NCBI RefSeq assembly: GCF_006345805.1
Contig: NC_042998.1
Span: forward strand, 69,192,001 to 69,256,000
Length of the DNA stretch: 64,000 nt
Source of the DNA: Octopus sinensis
Taxonomy: Eukaryota
Direction: 5' to 3'
Shown here: positions 52,678 to 64,000 of the stretch, piece after piece
How positions within the stretch are numbered: the first letter of the stretch is position 1
Layout of the letters: each line of letters begins with the position of its first letter
Notes under the pieces: generated by a model
Told to the model about the DNA's origin: nothing
What the model saw: the letters and a program-made list of their open reading frames with translations, nothing else
The model's database searches: none
Made by a program: the position numbers and the translations under genes

Positions 52678-52869
52678 TTTTCGCTCGTGCGGTACCTTAC
52701 AACTTCACTTTGTTATATGTATTATATATATATATATATATATACATTACAGATATAGGGTGAAAGATAATTAATTTAATAAAATCAACAAATTTCACCT
52801 AGTAGTTTTTCGGTATGGAAAAGGACCATATTCGGTAAAAACTTATACAAAAAGTTTTTTTTATATAAT

Positions 52870-54625
52870 TATAACAATAAGGGTTTTGCAACAAAATGTA
52901 AGGGGTAAGTTTTACTAGCATTTAAATGATAAACTTCTGGAAAGTTTTACAGATTTTTACAGTTCCAGTGATGGATTGGATCTGTAGTCTTCGAATTAGC
53001 TTTCTCTTTTCTGATTTTCAGAAGCCTAATTTCTCAAGATTGGTATTTAGGCAGCGAGTTTCGTATCCCAGGACACCAATAATTGCAGGTATAAACCTGG
53101 ATTTGTAATCTGGATAGAGTAACTGCAGATTTTTCAGTAGTTCAGCATAGGTGTTCTCTTTTGAACTGATCTTCATCTTTATTTTAACATCCGCTGGGCA
53201 GCTAATTTCCGCAACTGCGCCATAGTTTCTCTTCTCTATTCCAAATCATTATATCAGGTCTGTTGTGCTTAAATTTTATTGAGATCTTCAATGGTACATT
53301 CCGCCAGTAATCCTTTTTATTATGAGTGGCTATGGTTTCTACCATATTGTGGGTTTTTATTTCTTTGTCCTAGGCATTATTCTTCCGACGGATTTCATAA
53401 TAGAGTGTCCTAGCTACAACATCTCTCATCACCGTGATGACATTTTCAGACAACTGCTTATGATGTGAGTGATATCTTCAGTGTGAACTCCACAAAGTTT
53501 GCATCAGTTGTCACATTTTACGGTTTTTCCTGCATCTCTATCCCTTTTGTGCATCAGGTACTTTGTTGATATTTCCTATTCCTGGATTGCAAACGCATAC
53601 CCTTCAAAGTGGGAGGTAGTAATCCGGCTATTAGTCCATGATAAACTGCTTTGATGATCGATGCTACTATCATCTCGGAGCTTTCTACTAACATGTCCAT
53701 GCATAGTCTTCTGCTCATATAGGCTCATCATTTCATCTGATATGTTGCGGTAGAGTCGTGCGACTTCTTTGGGCATGTATTCTAGGTTATCAGACAAAGA
53801 ATGTTGCTCAAGGAGCTGCCTTCCAAGTCTTATGATGTTATGCAAACTTGGTCAAGGGATGCACATCGATGCTTGGTGGTTAAAAGATGTGGCCGAAAGG
53901 ATATGATGCGGCATTCAAAGGCATCTTGGATCGATCTTAAGCCTCTGTCACCTTGTTTACGTTTTAGGTAGAGGCGGTTTACGCCACTGTTTATGTGGAA
54001 ATTATGTGTGCTTGTTATTTTTCAGGTTTTCACATCAATGGCTCGGATCTCATCAAGCGTCCAATCAAGCAGCCCAAATGTTGGTAAAAGTACTGGCACA
54101 GCAAACACATTGTGGACCACTGTTTTATTGAATGCAGAAAGTTCTGAGGTCCAAATTTTCTTTATTCGGCTGTATTATTCTTTAGTGACACGTATTTTGT
54201 TACAGGTGCCATTGTAAGCTATATTTTCAGCCACCCTTAGATACCTGTAATATTCCTCGTCACAAACAGGTGAAACAGTCAAATCATTGATGGAGATGCT
54301 AATAGCCTGGTTTATAGTTTTCCCCACTTTTCACAACCATATAACAACGTTTATACTGACTAAACTCCAATCCTACATCCTTTGAGAATGTTGTAACTAG
54401 GTCAAGGCTCTTTTTCCCTCATGCATATTCTTTGCATAAAGTTTTAAATCATCCACAAAGAAAGAATTGTGTAATTATGGTATTTCTGTTTCCTTGTGAA
54501 CCAGTGAGATGTCCTTCAGACTTCCTTAACATGAAAGCATAAACAACTTCAGACTTCCTTAACAGAAAGCATAAACAACATCACAGGGAGGCTGTCTCCT
54601 TGGAATATGCCTTTGCGATATTGTA
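52870..54625 (-). mobile_element. R4/Dong-like RLE-type LINE fragment (RT to C-terminus)
   Basis: FFVDDLKLYAK at 54431-54468, CKLCGVHTEDITHIISSC at 53451-53504 and the C-terminal IPAIIGVLG region. Confidence 0.85.
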
Positions 54626-54799
54626 TACTATCGGTGATAATACAATAACTCTTTGTGTTTAATTTCATGATAGTGGCCCACGATGAAGTCAGGTCAGCTA
54701 TGGACTATTCTCACTGGAACTTTAGGTTTAGGGTATGTATGTATGTATGTATGTATGTATGTATGTATGTATGTATGTATGTATGTATGTATGTATGTA

Positions 54800-55110
54800 T
54801 GTACGCATGTATGTGTATGTGCAGATTTGTGTTTTGTTTTATGTATGTATTTTCGTGCATATAGTTGCATATCTAGACATACTCATATATACTTAAATGA
54901 TAAACTTCTGGAAAGTTTTATAGGTTTTTACAGTTCCAGTGATGGATTGGATCTGTAGCCTTCGAATTAGCTTTCTCCTTTCTGTTTTTGAGAAGCCTAA
55001 TTTCTCAAGATTGGTATTTAGGCAGTGTGTTACATATCCCAGTATCCCAATAATTACAGGTATAAACCTGAACTTGTAATCTGGATAGAGTAACTGCAGA
55101 TTTCTCAATA
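54800..55110 (-). mobile_element. R4/Dong-like 3' fragment between (ACAT)n tracts
   Basis: LQLLYPDYKFRFIPVIIGILG..LQIQSITGTVK; (ATGT)n at ~54733-54800 and ~55117-55237. Confidence 0.8.
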
Positions 55111-55776
55111 GTTCAGCGTATGTATGTATGTATGTATGTATGTATGTATGTTGTATGTATGTATGTATGTATGCATGTATGCATGTATGTATGTATGTAT
55201 GTATGTATGTATGTATGTATGTATGTATGTATGTATGTGTCGATCAGTGGGTCGGATGCAAGAACTGAACCCTGGAAGACCGAATTCATAGACCTGAAAT
55301 TCAAAATGTCGATAGTTTGAAATACTGAATATTCTGTAGAACGAATCGTGAAATATTTTAGCGGAATATAACGTGGAAAACGTTCTTAAAAGACATCTAT
55401 TTACGGTTTTCAAAAGGAGAATACTATAAAATTTATATCTTTATTATGTTACAGAAGAATAACAAAAGCAAGCGAGATATGTTGTGTATACTTCCAACTC
55501 ATAAAAATAAGAGCATTGCACATTTGCGATAGTGAAAACATATTGATTTATTTAATGATTTTGGTGAATACGTATACACTTATAAATGTATATGTATATT
55601 AACATTTATACCATATAGTTATATATAACTATTTCAGTCAATTTTATCTATCAGTTTCACACGCGAGCTAAGATAACACCTAATCAAGTCACTCATCAGG
55701 TCTTGTCTTATTGATTTAAAAGTATAGTGACAACTCTCTAGTACTCAATATATATATATGTGTGTGTGTTCGTGTG

Positions 55777-55840
<64 letters not shown>

Positions 55841-56054
55841 ATGTGCGTATGTGCGTGCGTGTGTGTGTGTAAGAGTAGGCAGCCAACAACTGATGAAGGG
55901 TCGTTCTTTATGTTACTTGTCCTGTTTACCATTTGTTTCTCTCATTGTTTGCGTATTCAACTGATTTGTTTTCGTACTTCATGTTGTTTACTGTTGGTGA
56001 CGTCCTGTAGCCATATATGCATATATATATGCATATCTCTCTCTATATATATGC

Positions 56055-56123
<69 letters not shown>

Positions 56124-56194
56124 AAGGAGTCCAGAATGCTCATCCAGCACAAAGCACAATGGGCTGGATGGGAGTGCTGGACTCCTTGTTCGAA

Positions 56195-56365
56195 AATATA
56201 AGGACACAGATATTGTGTCGAATAGTCAGCTGGAAACGATGTTTCTTGGGACTATACAGCAGTAACATCCGTCCCATCCAGGACTGCTACATTATTTTGG
56301 CAAATAGTCTTTACTTTAAAGAACTGTTACTGAATATATCTCTCTTTGAGAGATTTAGAAATAAC
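56195..56365 (+). mobile_element. Family D repeat, diverged partial copy
   Basis: ATAAGGACACAGATATTGTGTCGAA block and terminal TCTCT..GAGAGATTTAGAAAT, shared with 5341-5515 and 60540-60560. Confidence 0.5.
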
Positions 56366-56367
56366 AA

Positions 56368-56447
<80 letters not shown>

Positions 56448-56486
56448 GCTGTCTGTCTGTCTATCTATCTGTCTATCTATCTATCG

Positions 56487-56535
<49 letters not shown>

Positions 56536-56536
56536 G

Positions 56537-56567
<31 letters not shown>

Positions 56568-56655
56568 TCTATCTATATACATACATACATACATACTACA
56601 TATATATATACATACATACATACATACATATATATATATATATTATATATATATA

Positions 56656-56695
<40 letters not shown>

Positions 56696-57132
56696 TACAC
56701 ATATGTATATATATATATATATATATATAGATATACACACACATATATACATACACATACATACATACATACATACATACATACATACATACATACATAC
56801 ATACATACATACATACATGCATACATACGTACGTACGTACGCATGTATGTATGTATGTGAGTCAAGATTGAAATAAATTTAAATACTGCAAGGTCTTTTA
56901 TAGGAAACAAGAATGTGAATACACACACACACGCACACGCACGCACACACACACACGCACACACACACACTCATGAAGACGCAGCACACACACACACATA
57001 TATGTGTGTGCGCGCGTGTATATATGTATGTGTATAAAGATAATCTGTATATATACTTTAAAAATGGCCAACTGTATTAATACTGTAGGGTGGAACCAGA
57101 AATTAAGACGCAAATAATAGGATATTGATTAG

Positions 57133-57197
<65 letters not shown>

Positions 57198-57674
57198 AGA
57201 GAAAGATGCTGAAGAGACAGGAAGAGATGCTCTATGAGACAGAGATATCTCTGGTCAATATCCATTTCTATAGAATATCGATTTCTACACAACAGTGATT
57301 TGTAATATAGGCACAAGAGACCCCCCCCACTCTAAAATGTCTGAAAAGAAGGTTACAATCGTTTATGTCAATTACGTCATTACTTCACTGGAGGTTACAT
57401 ATATTTTATTGATTCCGGGTGGGATGAAAATCGCAGTTGATCTGGACAGGATTCGAAATCAAGGCGTAAAGAGTCATAATTACTTCCTACACGGTAGTGT
57501 GTTCGACGCCCTACCTATTCTACCACTCTGTCGGGGTTCGATTCCATACAGTGTTGACCAAAAAATCCTTTAAAATTATTTTTATTTCCCGAAGTGATTC
57601 TTAATTCTTTCTTAACCCCAATCCCACCCAGTTAGATATTTTACTTTCTTCCTTCCCTTCTTCTTTATTCTACT

Positions 57675-58290
57675 TAGCCATCCATCCATCCAACCTAACC
57701 TACCCATCCAGCTGACGAACCAGTTGTACACCTATACATGCACCCATCTGCTCATCCATTCATTCATCCTTCCACCCACCTATCTACCTACCCATTCCAC
57801 CCGACGCGCCAGTCATATACCCATCCATTCATTCATCTATCAATCTATCCATCCACCCAACATCCAGTCGGCCACTTAACTACCCACCCACCTATCCATC
57901 TACCCATCTATCCATTTATCCATCCACACAACCACTCAACCATCCACCCTAATATTCACCCGATGACTTAGTCATCCATTAATCTAGCTACTCCATAATC
58001 CAATTCACCATCTGTCCATCCATGCATCCATCCATCTATTTCATCCGTCCCTCTATCCCTCCACCCATTCATCTACCCGTCTGTCTGCCTTCCTATCCAT
58101 CCATCCATCCATCCATCCACCCATCCATCCATCCATTCATCCGTTCGCCCATTCGTCCATCCGTCCTTCCATCCCTCCAACCATTCATCTACCTGTCTGT
58201 CTGCCCACCCACCCACCTACCCATCCATCCATCCATCCACCCATCCATCCATCCACCCACCAACCTTCCATTTATTCCATCCATCCACCC
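57675..58290. repeat. Diverged (CCAT)n simple repeat
   Basis: Directly visible. Confidence 0.9.
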
Positions 58291-58710
58291 AGATGTAATT
58301 TTGAGTTCAAAAAGTTGGTCACAGTTGTTGTTGGAAAAACACTGATTGATATTATGGTCCTGTACCGAGTCAGTTCCTTTGACGTGGAAACTTCAGTATG
58401 TTACGAAGAGGAACCATCACCGTAGAATCTCTGACGTCAATGAGAAATCATGCGAAACGGTAAAGTGATATCAGAAGTAGACATTCTAACGGGCGCCGGC
58501 GTGGAGGTGTGGTAAGAAGGTTGCTTCCCAACCACATGGCTCCAGGTTCACTTCCACTGCGTGACACCTTGTACAGGTGCCGTCTACTACAGCACTGAGT
58601 CGACCAAAGTTCTGTGAGTAGATTTGATAGATGAAAAATGAAAAAAAGCCTGTCGTACACCCCCCCCCCACACACATATATAGGCGCAGGCGTGGCTGTG
58701 TGGTAAGAAG

Positions 58711-58741
<31 letters not shown>

Positions 58742-59342
58742 GAACTGGTGGGAACACAAACCGCCTCCAGTGCTTGAAAAGGATCATATCTCACTCCTCT
58801 GGAACTTCACCATTCAAACTGACAGAAAGATATATGCGAATAGGCCAGACATCATATTGAAAGACTTCAGACAAAAATCATGCCTTCTCATTGATATTAC
58901 TGTCCAAATCGATATAAATGTATCTGTCAAGACCTACCAGAAACTGAGCAAATATAAAGATCTTGAAATAGAAATTAGCAAAATGTGGAACCTGAAGACT
59001 AAAACAATACCTGTTGTCATAGGTGCCCTGGGAATGATAGCAAAAGAGGCTGATTGCTATCTAGCTCAGATACCAGGAAATCCCCAAAATGGCAGAAATT
59101 CAAAAGATAGTGCTCATATGAACTGCTCATATTCTACGCAAAATACTTCCTATGTAATCTCAAGTTTTAAAACAAACAATTTTCTTATGGTTTCTTAAAC
59201 AACACTATGTACAAAACCAAATATATGGCACCCTAGGCATAACACTAACAAGAACTTCCAACTTGTTGTCTTTTGAGGTCTCTGAGTGAGACTTGGAACC
59301 AACTTGTACAAATGTAAAGCAAAAGTCAAAAGTCAAACATAA
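58742..59342 (+). mobile_element. 5'-truncated Dong/R4-like LINE inserted in (AAT)n
   Basis: RLE motif RPDIILKD..CLLIDITV..KLSKYKDLEIEI..IPVVIGALG; (AAT)n at 58715-58741 and ~59343-59416. Confidence 0.88.
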
Positions 59343-59418
<76 letters not shown>

Positions 59419-59430
59419 TAACAACAACAA

Positions 59431-59613
59431 AAAAACAACATCGAAAAATACCTTAGGAATGAGAACCCAGGTTCGAAATTCCCCCAAGACACCTGCTGAA
59501 GGCTAGAGGGTATTTTAGCCGAAATGTTGTGTTAACAACAAAAACAAGACGAGGACAAATATCCATCAAATGTAATAATGTGCATAATTCCTCATCTCTT
59601 AAATATAGAACTG
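59431..59613 (+). mobile_element. tRNA-hammerhead family element, body and 3' end
   Basis: Matches 31745-31880 and ends AAATATAGAACTG before (TA)n. Confidence 0.85.
59488..59533 (+). ncRNA. Degenerate minimal hammerhead
   Basis: GACAC-CTGCTGA-A-GGCTAgagggtatttTAGCC-GAAATGTT-GTGTT; helix II GGCTA/TAGCC covaries with GGCTG/CAGCC in the 31788 copy. Confidence 0.7.
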
Positions 59614-59678
<65 letters not shown>

Positions 59679-60408
59679 CAAGACGAGATATGAATATAGT
59701 CATTACATATTTTTGTTTATTGTAGTAAATTTGACTTACAGCTGTTTTTTGTAGTCCTTATAAGTTCGTTATTGATAAGTTTATTCAATCGTTTCACTGA
59801 CCGGTTGAGAAAAATTGAATGACCTAAAAAGTTAATGCTACTTTCGTCAGTCATTTCAACAAAAATGACTTTGACAAAAGTAGCATTCTGATTATAACCG
59901 GATATGACAATGTCGAAAGTGACATTAACGTTTTATCTTAACCGATCAATGGCCCATTTGAGTAAATAAGGAATTTATAATGACCACTTGAAACAGCTGT
60001 AAGGCAAATTTATTGCAATAAAGAAAAAATATGTAACGACCATTATTTATGCCTTGTCTTGCATATTACTCTACGTAAAAAACAGTATAACTGGAGCACA
60101 ACCATAGATTTACAATACAGAATGGTGATGAACCATAACTTCGAACCCTACCACAAGAATACGCGAGGTTAGGTTCTTAACTAATGTAAACAATTCTGTT
60201 AGCTTGGGGTATTAAGAGAGAGTTTATAAAGTATTTTGCCCGGATTGATAATACCCTCGCTAATAACACACACACACACATACGCGCGCACACACACACA
60301 CACATTTATATATAAATATTCTTTTATTTGTTTCACTCATTTGACTGCGGCCATGCTGGAGCACCACCTTCAGTCGAACAAATCGACCCCAGAACTTACT
60401 TTTTGTAA

Positions 60409-60560
60409 AGTGGTAGTATGTTGTTAACTTAATGTGGCAGTCCCATAAAAAGGAAGAATGCTACTGTTATTTAGCGCAAGGACTGTCACATTAAGTTGAC
60501 AACATACTATCACTTTATCGTGCTGCTACTGCATAAATTTCTCTGAGAGATTTAGAAATA
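60409..60560. mobile_element. Family D 3' parts in inverted arrangement
   Basis: 60409-60445 pairs with 60480-60514; both match the family D block CTGTCACATTAAGTTGACAAC. Confidence 0.6.
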
Positions 60561-61004
60561 TATTAGTCTTTGTAAGCCTAGTATTTTTTCTATCGGTCTC
60601 TTTTACCGAACCGCTAAGTTACGGGGACGTAAACACACCAGCATCGGTTGTCAAGCGATGGTGGGGGACAAACACGGACATAAAGAACAAACACATACAT
60701 AGATATATACACATATATATACGACGGGATTCTTTCAGTTTCCGTCTACCAAATCCACTCACCAGGCTTTGGTCGGCCCGAGGCTACAGTAAAAGACACT
60801 TGCTCAGAGTGCCATGTAGTGGAACTGAATCCGGAACCATGTGGTTGGTAAGCAAGGTACTTTATTTCAAAATTTTGCCATAAAGGCATGACACAGAGTA
60901 GCTTGCGGGCTGGACGAAAACATTGATGAGATGAATGATGAAAAATGATATTGATGGGAGAAGACAAAAAGCGCCCGCCGATTTTTTGCTTCTCTAAAAC
61001 ATTC

Positions 61005-61645
61005 TTTTTTTTTTACACAGAATAAAACAAAAAACAAAACGAGGTATTAAACCTCTTACTTCAGTTCTTATAATTATTGGACTTAATAGTCCATTACAAA
61101 TTGAGGCGCTGAGCCTCTTACAAACAATAAACAATACGAGGCACTAAGCCTCTTAATTATTTTCCGCCCCGCTGGCACTCGGCCAGGCTCAGTGCCTCAC
61201 TCAAGCACCTCGATGGTGCTAGGTTGGGGCACTTCAGCATGAAGCGGAATGTGTCTTCGGGGAAGGAGTTTATCACCTTGCACAGATTTGAAACCCACAC
61301 GACCTCTGCAGCTACCTGCGGAGGCCAATCAGGGTTCTTAGTACAGGTTAGAATCCTTCCCCTCCAACCTTCTTTGTTAAACTTCCTAACAAATTCTTGA
61401 ATTGTCCCTCCTTTGTGGAATAGGATTACAAATTCCTCCTCCACAAAGGTAGTGGCAACAGTTTCCACTGTTGGTGGCACAATTCCCATCAACAGGGTTT
61501 CGGGACATGCCGACAGTGTACTAGCAACCGCCGGCAATGCCCCGTTTTTCGTTTTCTTTGTTTCCTCCTTTATGACGGGAGAGTGGAGTTCTTCCGTTTT
61601 GTCCGGAAATTTTTCCTTCCCTCCCGCCGCCCCAGGATCCCTGAG
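61005..61645 (-). other. Polyadenylated retroposed fragment with a 173-aa open frame
   Basis: ORF 61157-61678, 3' UTR with four GAGGC-N5-GCCTC-type hairpins and an A-run at 61005-61014; product not recognised. Confidence 0.35.
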
Positions 61646-61912
61646 TAGCAGCACAATAAAGTGATGGTATGTTGTCAACTTAATGCGACAGTCCCATGAA
61701 AGGGAAGAATGCTGCTATTTAGCCCTAGGAAACACCATTTCCTGTTGGCCATGACACATTATCTGTGTTCTTATGTTTACAAAGGGGAGATAAGCACCTC
61801 CATCCTGAAAAGCCAGTAACCAGAGACTAGTTTCAGAGTTATTGCTCATCAGCAGTCTGGAGTATTATGTCGGATAGGCATCGACTGCTTGCTAGCTGTC
61901 GATGCCTATCCG
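61645..61912 (-). mobile_element. Family D repeat with upstream 15-bp hairpin and hammerhead
   Basis: Hairpin CGGATAGGCATCGAC/GTCGATGCCTATCCG at 61871-61912; body homologous to 5241-5480. Confidence 0.65.
61820..61860 (-). ncRNA. Minimal hammerhead, family D
   Basis: Reverse complement CCAGA-CTGCTGA-T-GAGcaataaCTC-T-GAAACTAGTC-TCTGG; palindromic helix III ACTAGT and GUC triplet; helix I covaries with the 5264 copy. Confidence 0.7.
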
Positions 61913-62099
61913 CTTTTGAAAACATAATAATTCAAGTGATTTCGAAAATAGAAATAATACATTTCTAAAGGCATCACTTTAATATATTTGAAGTATACTT
62001 AAAATTAAAAGTTATAATTAAAAATTAACAATTAAAAAGATTAGTGTAGCTAGCGTACTTGAAAGATAATGTTGAGGGAATAGGTATTAATAAACGGAG

Positions 62100-62540
62100 G
62101 AAATTCATGTCTATTTATCAGGTGGTGTATGTGGTTGGCTAGGGAAGTGGACTCGCTGTGTTCATCATATCCAAAAGAATTCAGATGCGAGGAATATCTC
62201 TGCTTAAAATTTATTTTAGATCCAGTGCATTAGGAATATCTCTGATTAAAATTAATTGAAGATCCAGTGCAATGGGCTCGCAGCGGGAATTCGGCCCTAG
62301 ATCGGCAGTTGCAGTTGAATTTATCTGGCCTACATGGGTTAGATATGGGTTGGAATGATGCTGTGCTATTTATGGGCAAGTTACAGTCTAGAGTAGTATT
62401 CGGAAGTTGGCTCATATTAGTATCGTTGATACGCATATCGACCGTGTCCATAGGGTGGGGGTTAGGGGTTGATGTTACAGGTTCTACTGAGATTCGAGGG
62501 ATGGTGGCACTCGAGTGGCTACTTTCAGGAGCTCCTCTAC
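62100..62540 (-). pseudogene. Penelope-like element relic (Cys linker plus GIY-YIG endonuclease part)
   Basis: CNCRSRAEFPLRAHC resembles the PLE CNCR..CPL.G.C linker. (C)TGSKINFKQRYSSHLNSF..STSLANHI resembles YIG.T..FK.RY..H..SF..T.LS.HI. Internal deletion and a ~42-bp duplication. Confidence 0.6.
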
Positions 62541-62905
62541 CGCGGTGGGTGTCTAAGGCGAGGTTATTATCAATACTATTATTATTAATATTATTTTTAT
62601 TCTTATTGTTGCTATCAATATTATTATTATTATTACTATTATTAGATTTATTATTAACATTATTTCTGTTCTTATTACTGCCATTATTACCGTTATTACA
62701 TAAGGCGGCGAACTGGCAGAATTGTTAGCACGCCGGACGAAATGCTTAGCGGTATTTCGTCTGCCGCTACGTTCTGAGTTCAAATGCTGCTGAGATTGAC
62801 TTTGCCTTTCAGTCGATAAATTAAGTACCAGCGAAACACTGGGGTCGATGTTATCGACTAGTCCCCTTCCCCCAAATTTCAGGCCTTGTGCCTATAGTAG
62901 AAAGG

Positions 62906-62944
<39 letters not shown>

Positions 62945-62946
<2 letters not shown>

Positions 62947-63085
62947 TGCCTTTGCACAGCTTCTAGCTGTTGACTGCCAGTAACCTAAGGTAACACCCCT
63001 CATTTTTTGAGCACCTTTCGGAGTATTCGAGTGGTTTCAAGCAGTGCTGTTTTCTGCAAGTGCTCCACCCTTATTGCAACCCCTA
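62945..63085 (-). mobile_element. R4/Dong-like extreme 3' fragment with (AAT)n tail
   Basis: LQKTALLETTRILRKVL*, short UTR, then (AAT)n at ~62906-62945. Confidence 0.7.
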
Positions 63086-63087
63086 TT

Positions 63088-63127
<40 letters not shown>

Positions 63128-63378
63128 TATTTCTTTCTTTCTTCTTATTTATTATTACTATTATTATTAGTAGTGGTGGTGGTGGTGGTGGTGGTAGTAG
63201 TAGTAGTGGTGACATTCACCTCGGCCGTACTTCGACCATCATTGGAAGTGAAGATATCCGTATCCTGGTTTATACTAGACATAGAGCTAGGGTTACAGGC
63301 GTGGTATATGCTATCATGATCGGTGTTAGTATTATCGCTACACTGACCTACATTATATATTTATATTTATATATTTAT

Positions 63379-63700
63379 ATAGGCGCAGGAGTGGCTATAG
63401 GCGCAGGAGTGGCTATAGGCGCAGGAGTGGGTATAGGCACAGGAGTGGCTGTGTGGTAAGTAGCTTGCTAACCAACAACATGGTTCCGGGTTCAGTCCCA
63501 CTGCGTGGCATCTTGGGCAAGTGTCTTCTGCTATAGCCCCGGGCCGGCCAATGCCTTGTGAGTGGATTTGGTAGACAGAAACTGAAAGAAGCCTGTCGTA
63601 TATATGTATATATATATATATATATGTGTATGTGTGTGTGTGTTTGTCCCCGATGCTGGTGTGTTTATGTCCCCGTAACTTAGCGGTTCGGCAAAAAAGA
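63379..63700 (+). mobile_element. SINE family A with quadruplicated 18-bp 5' head
   Basis: ATAGGCGCAGGAGTGGCT x4 (63379-63450, two units with one substitution) before the SINE body. Confidence 0.85.
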
Positions 63701-64000
63701 CTACTGCTTGTAGGTGTTATTTAGGTAGTATGAATGAAGATTTTGCTTATTAGATGAGACAACAATAGATTCTATCTATATTGGGCGGTGAGGAGTACGA
63801 TAACTTTATAGTAAATCTGTTTAAGATCGAATGGTATTTATGGTGGCGTGGAAAGCTAGAGTCTACAATGGCAACGGAGGTTTTAGTTAAGCCATTAACG
63901 TTTAAAGCGAATGGGGGTGTAATAAAGGGGGAGAATAATCGATATTTTCTGTTTGAGGAGATCCTAGGGACTCAGTATTATTTATCAGTTTGAGTCTCGT

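Noticed and set aside
55890-55930. CTGATGAAGGG after (TG)n
   Set aside because: No downstream CCC-GAAAC; at most a half-deleted relic.
55760-56860. 366-aa ORF, and the many other ORFs rich in CV, YI, HT, MYVC or poly-I/poly-H
   Set aside because: Translations of (TG)n, (TA)n, (ATGT)n, (ATCT)n and (AAT)n tracts, which lack stops in some frames.

Overview
Repeat-saturated, AT-rich eukaryotic DNA, most consistent with an octopus/cephalopod genome (inference from the SINE and microsatellite make-up). No host gene can be called with confidence. Most long six-frame ORFs are microsatellite translations or decayed transposon fragments. Recognisable content: a decayed Tx1/L1-clade LINE (1-5230); a near full-length CR1-group LINE (41.25-45.24 kb) whose ORF1 carries Myb/SANT-like and CCCH motifs and which is preceded by a 1-kb AT-rich tandem array; R4/Dong-like fragments lying in (ACAT)n and (AAT)n tracts; mariner, Tc1, pogo/Tigger, hAT and Helitron-type elements; many tRNA-derived SINEs; numerous foldbacks; and a ~3-kb inverted duplication (19755-23160 vs 36881-39853). 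The signal least explained by ordinary annotation is about a dozen minimal hammerhead-ribozyme motifs in at least three non-coding families. One family has a tRNA-like Pol III head, an (AAT)n linker and a hammerhead. It occurs twice as a head-to-head inverted dimer bounded by a single target-site duplication (28036-28511, 11-bp TSD; 31344-31887, 13-bp TSD). A Penelope-type GIY-YIG relic at 62.1-62.5 kb is a candidate autonomous partner. All calls come from reading the sequence by eye; no searches or folding programs were run.
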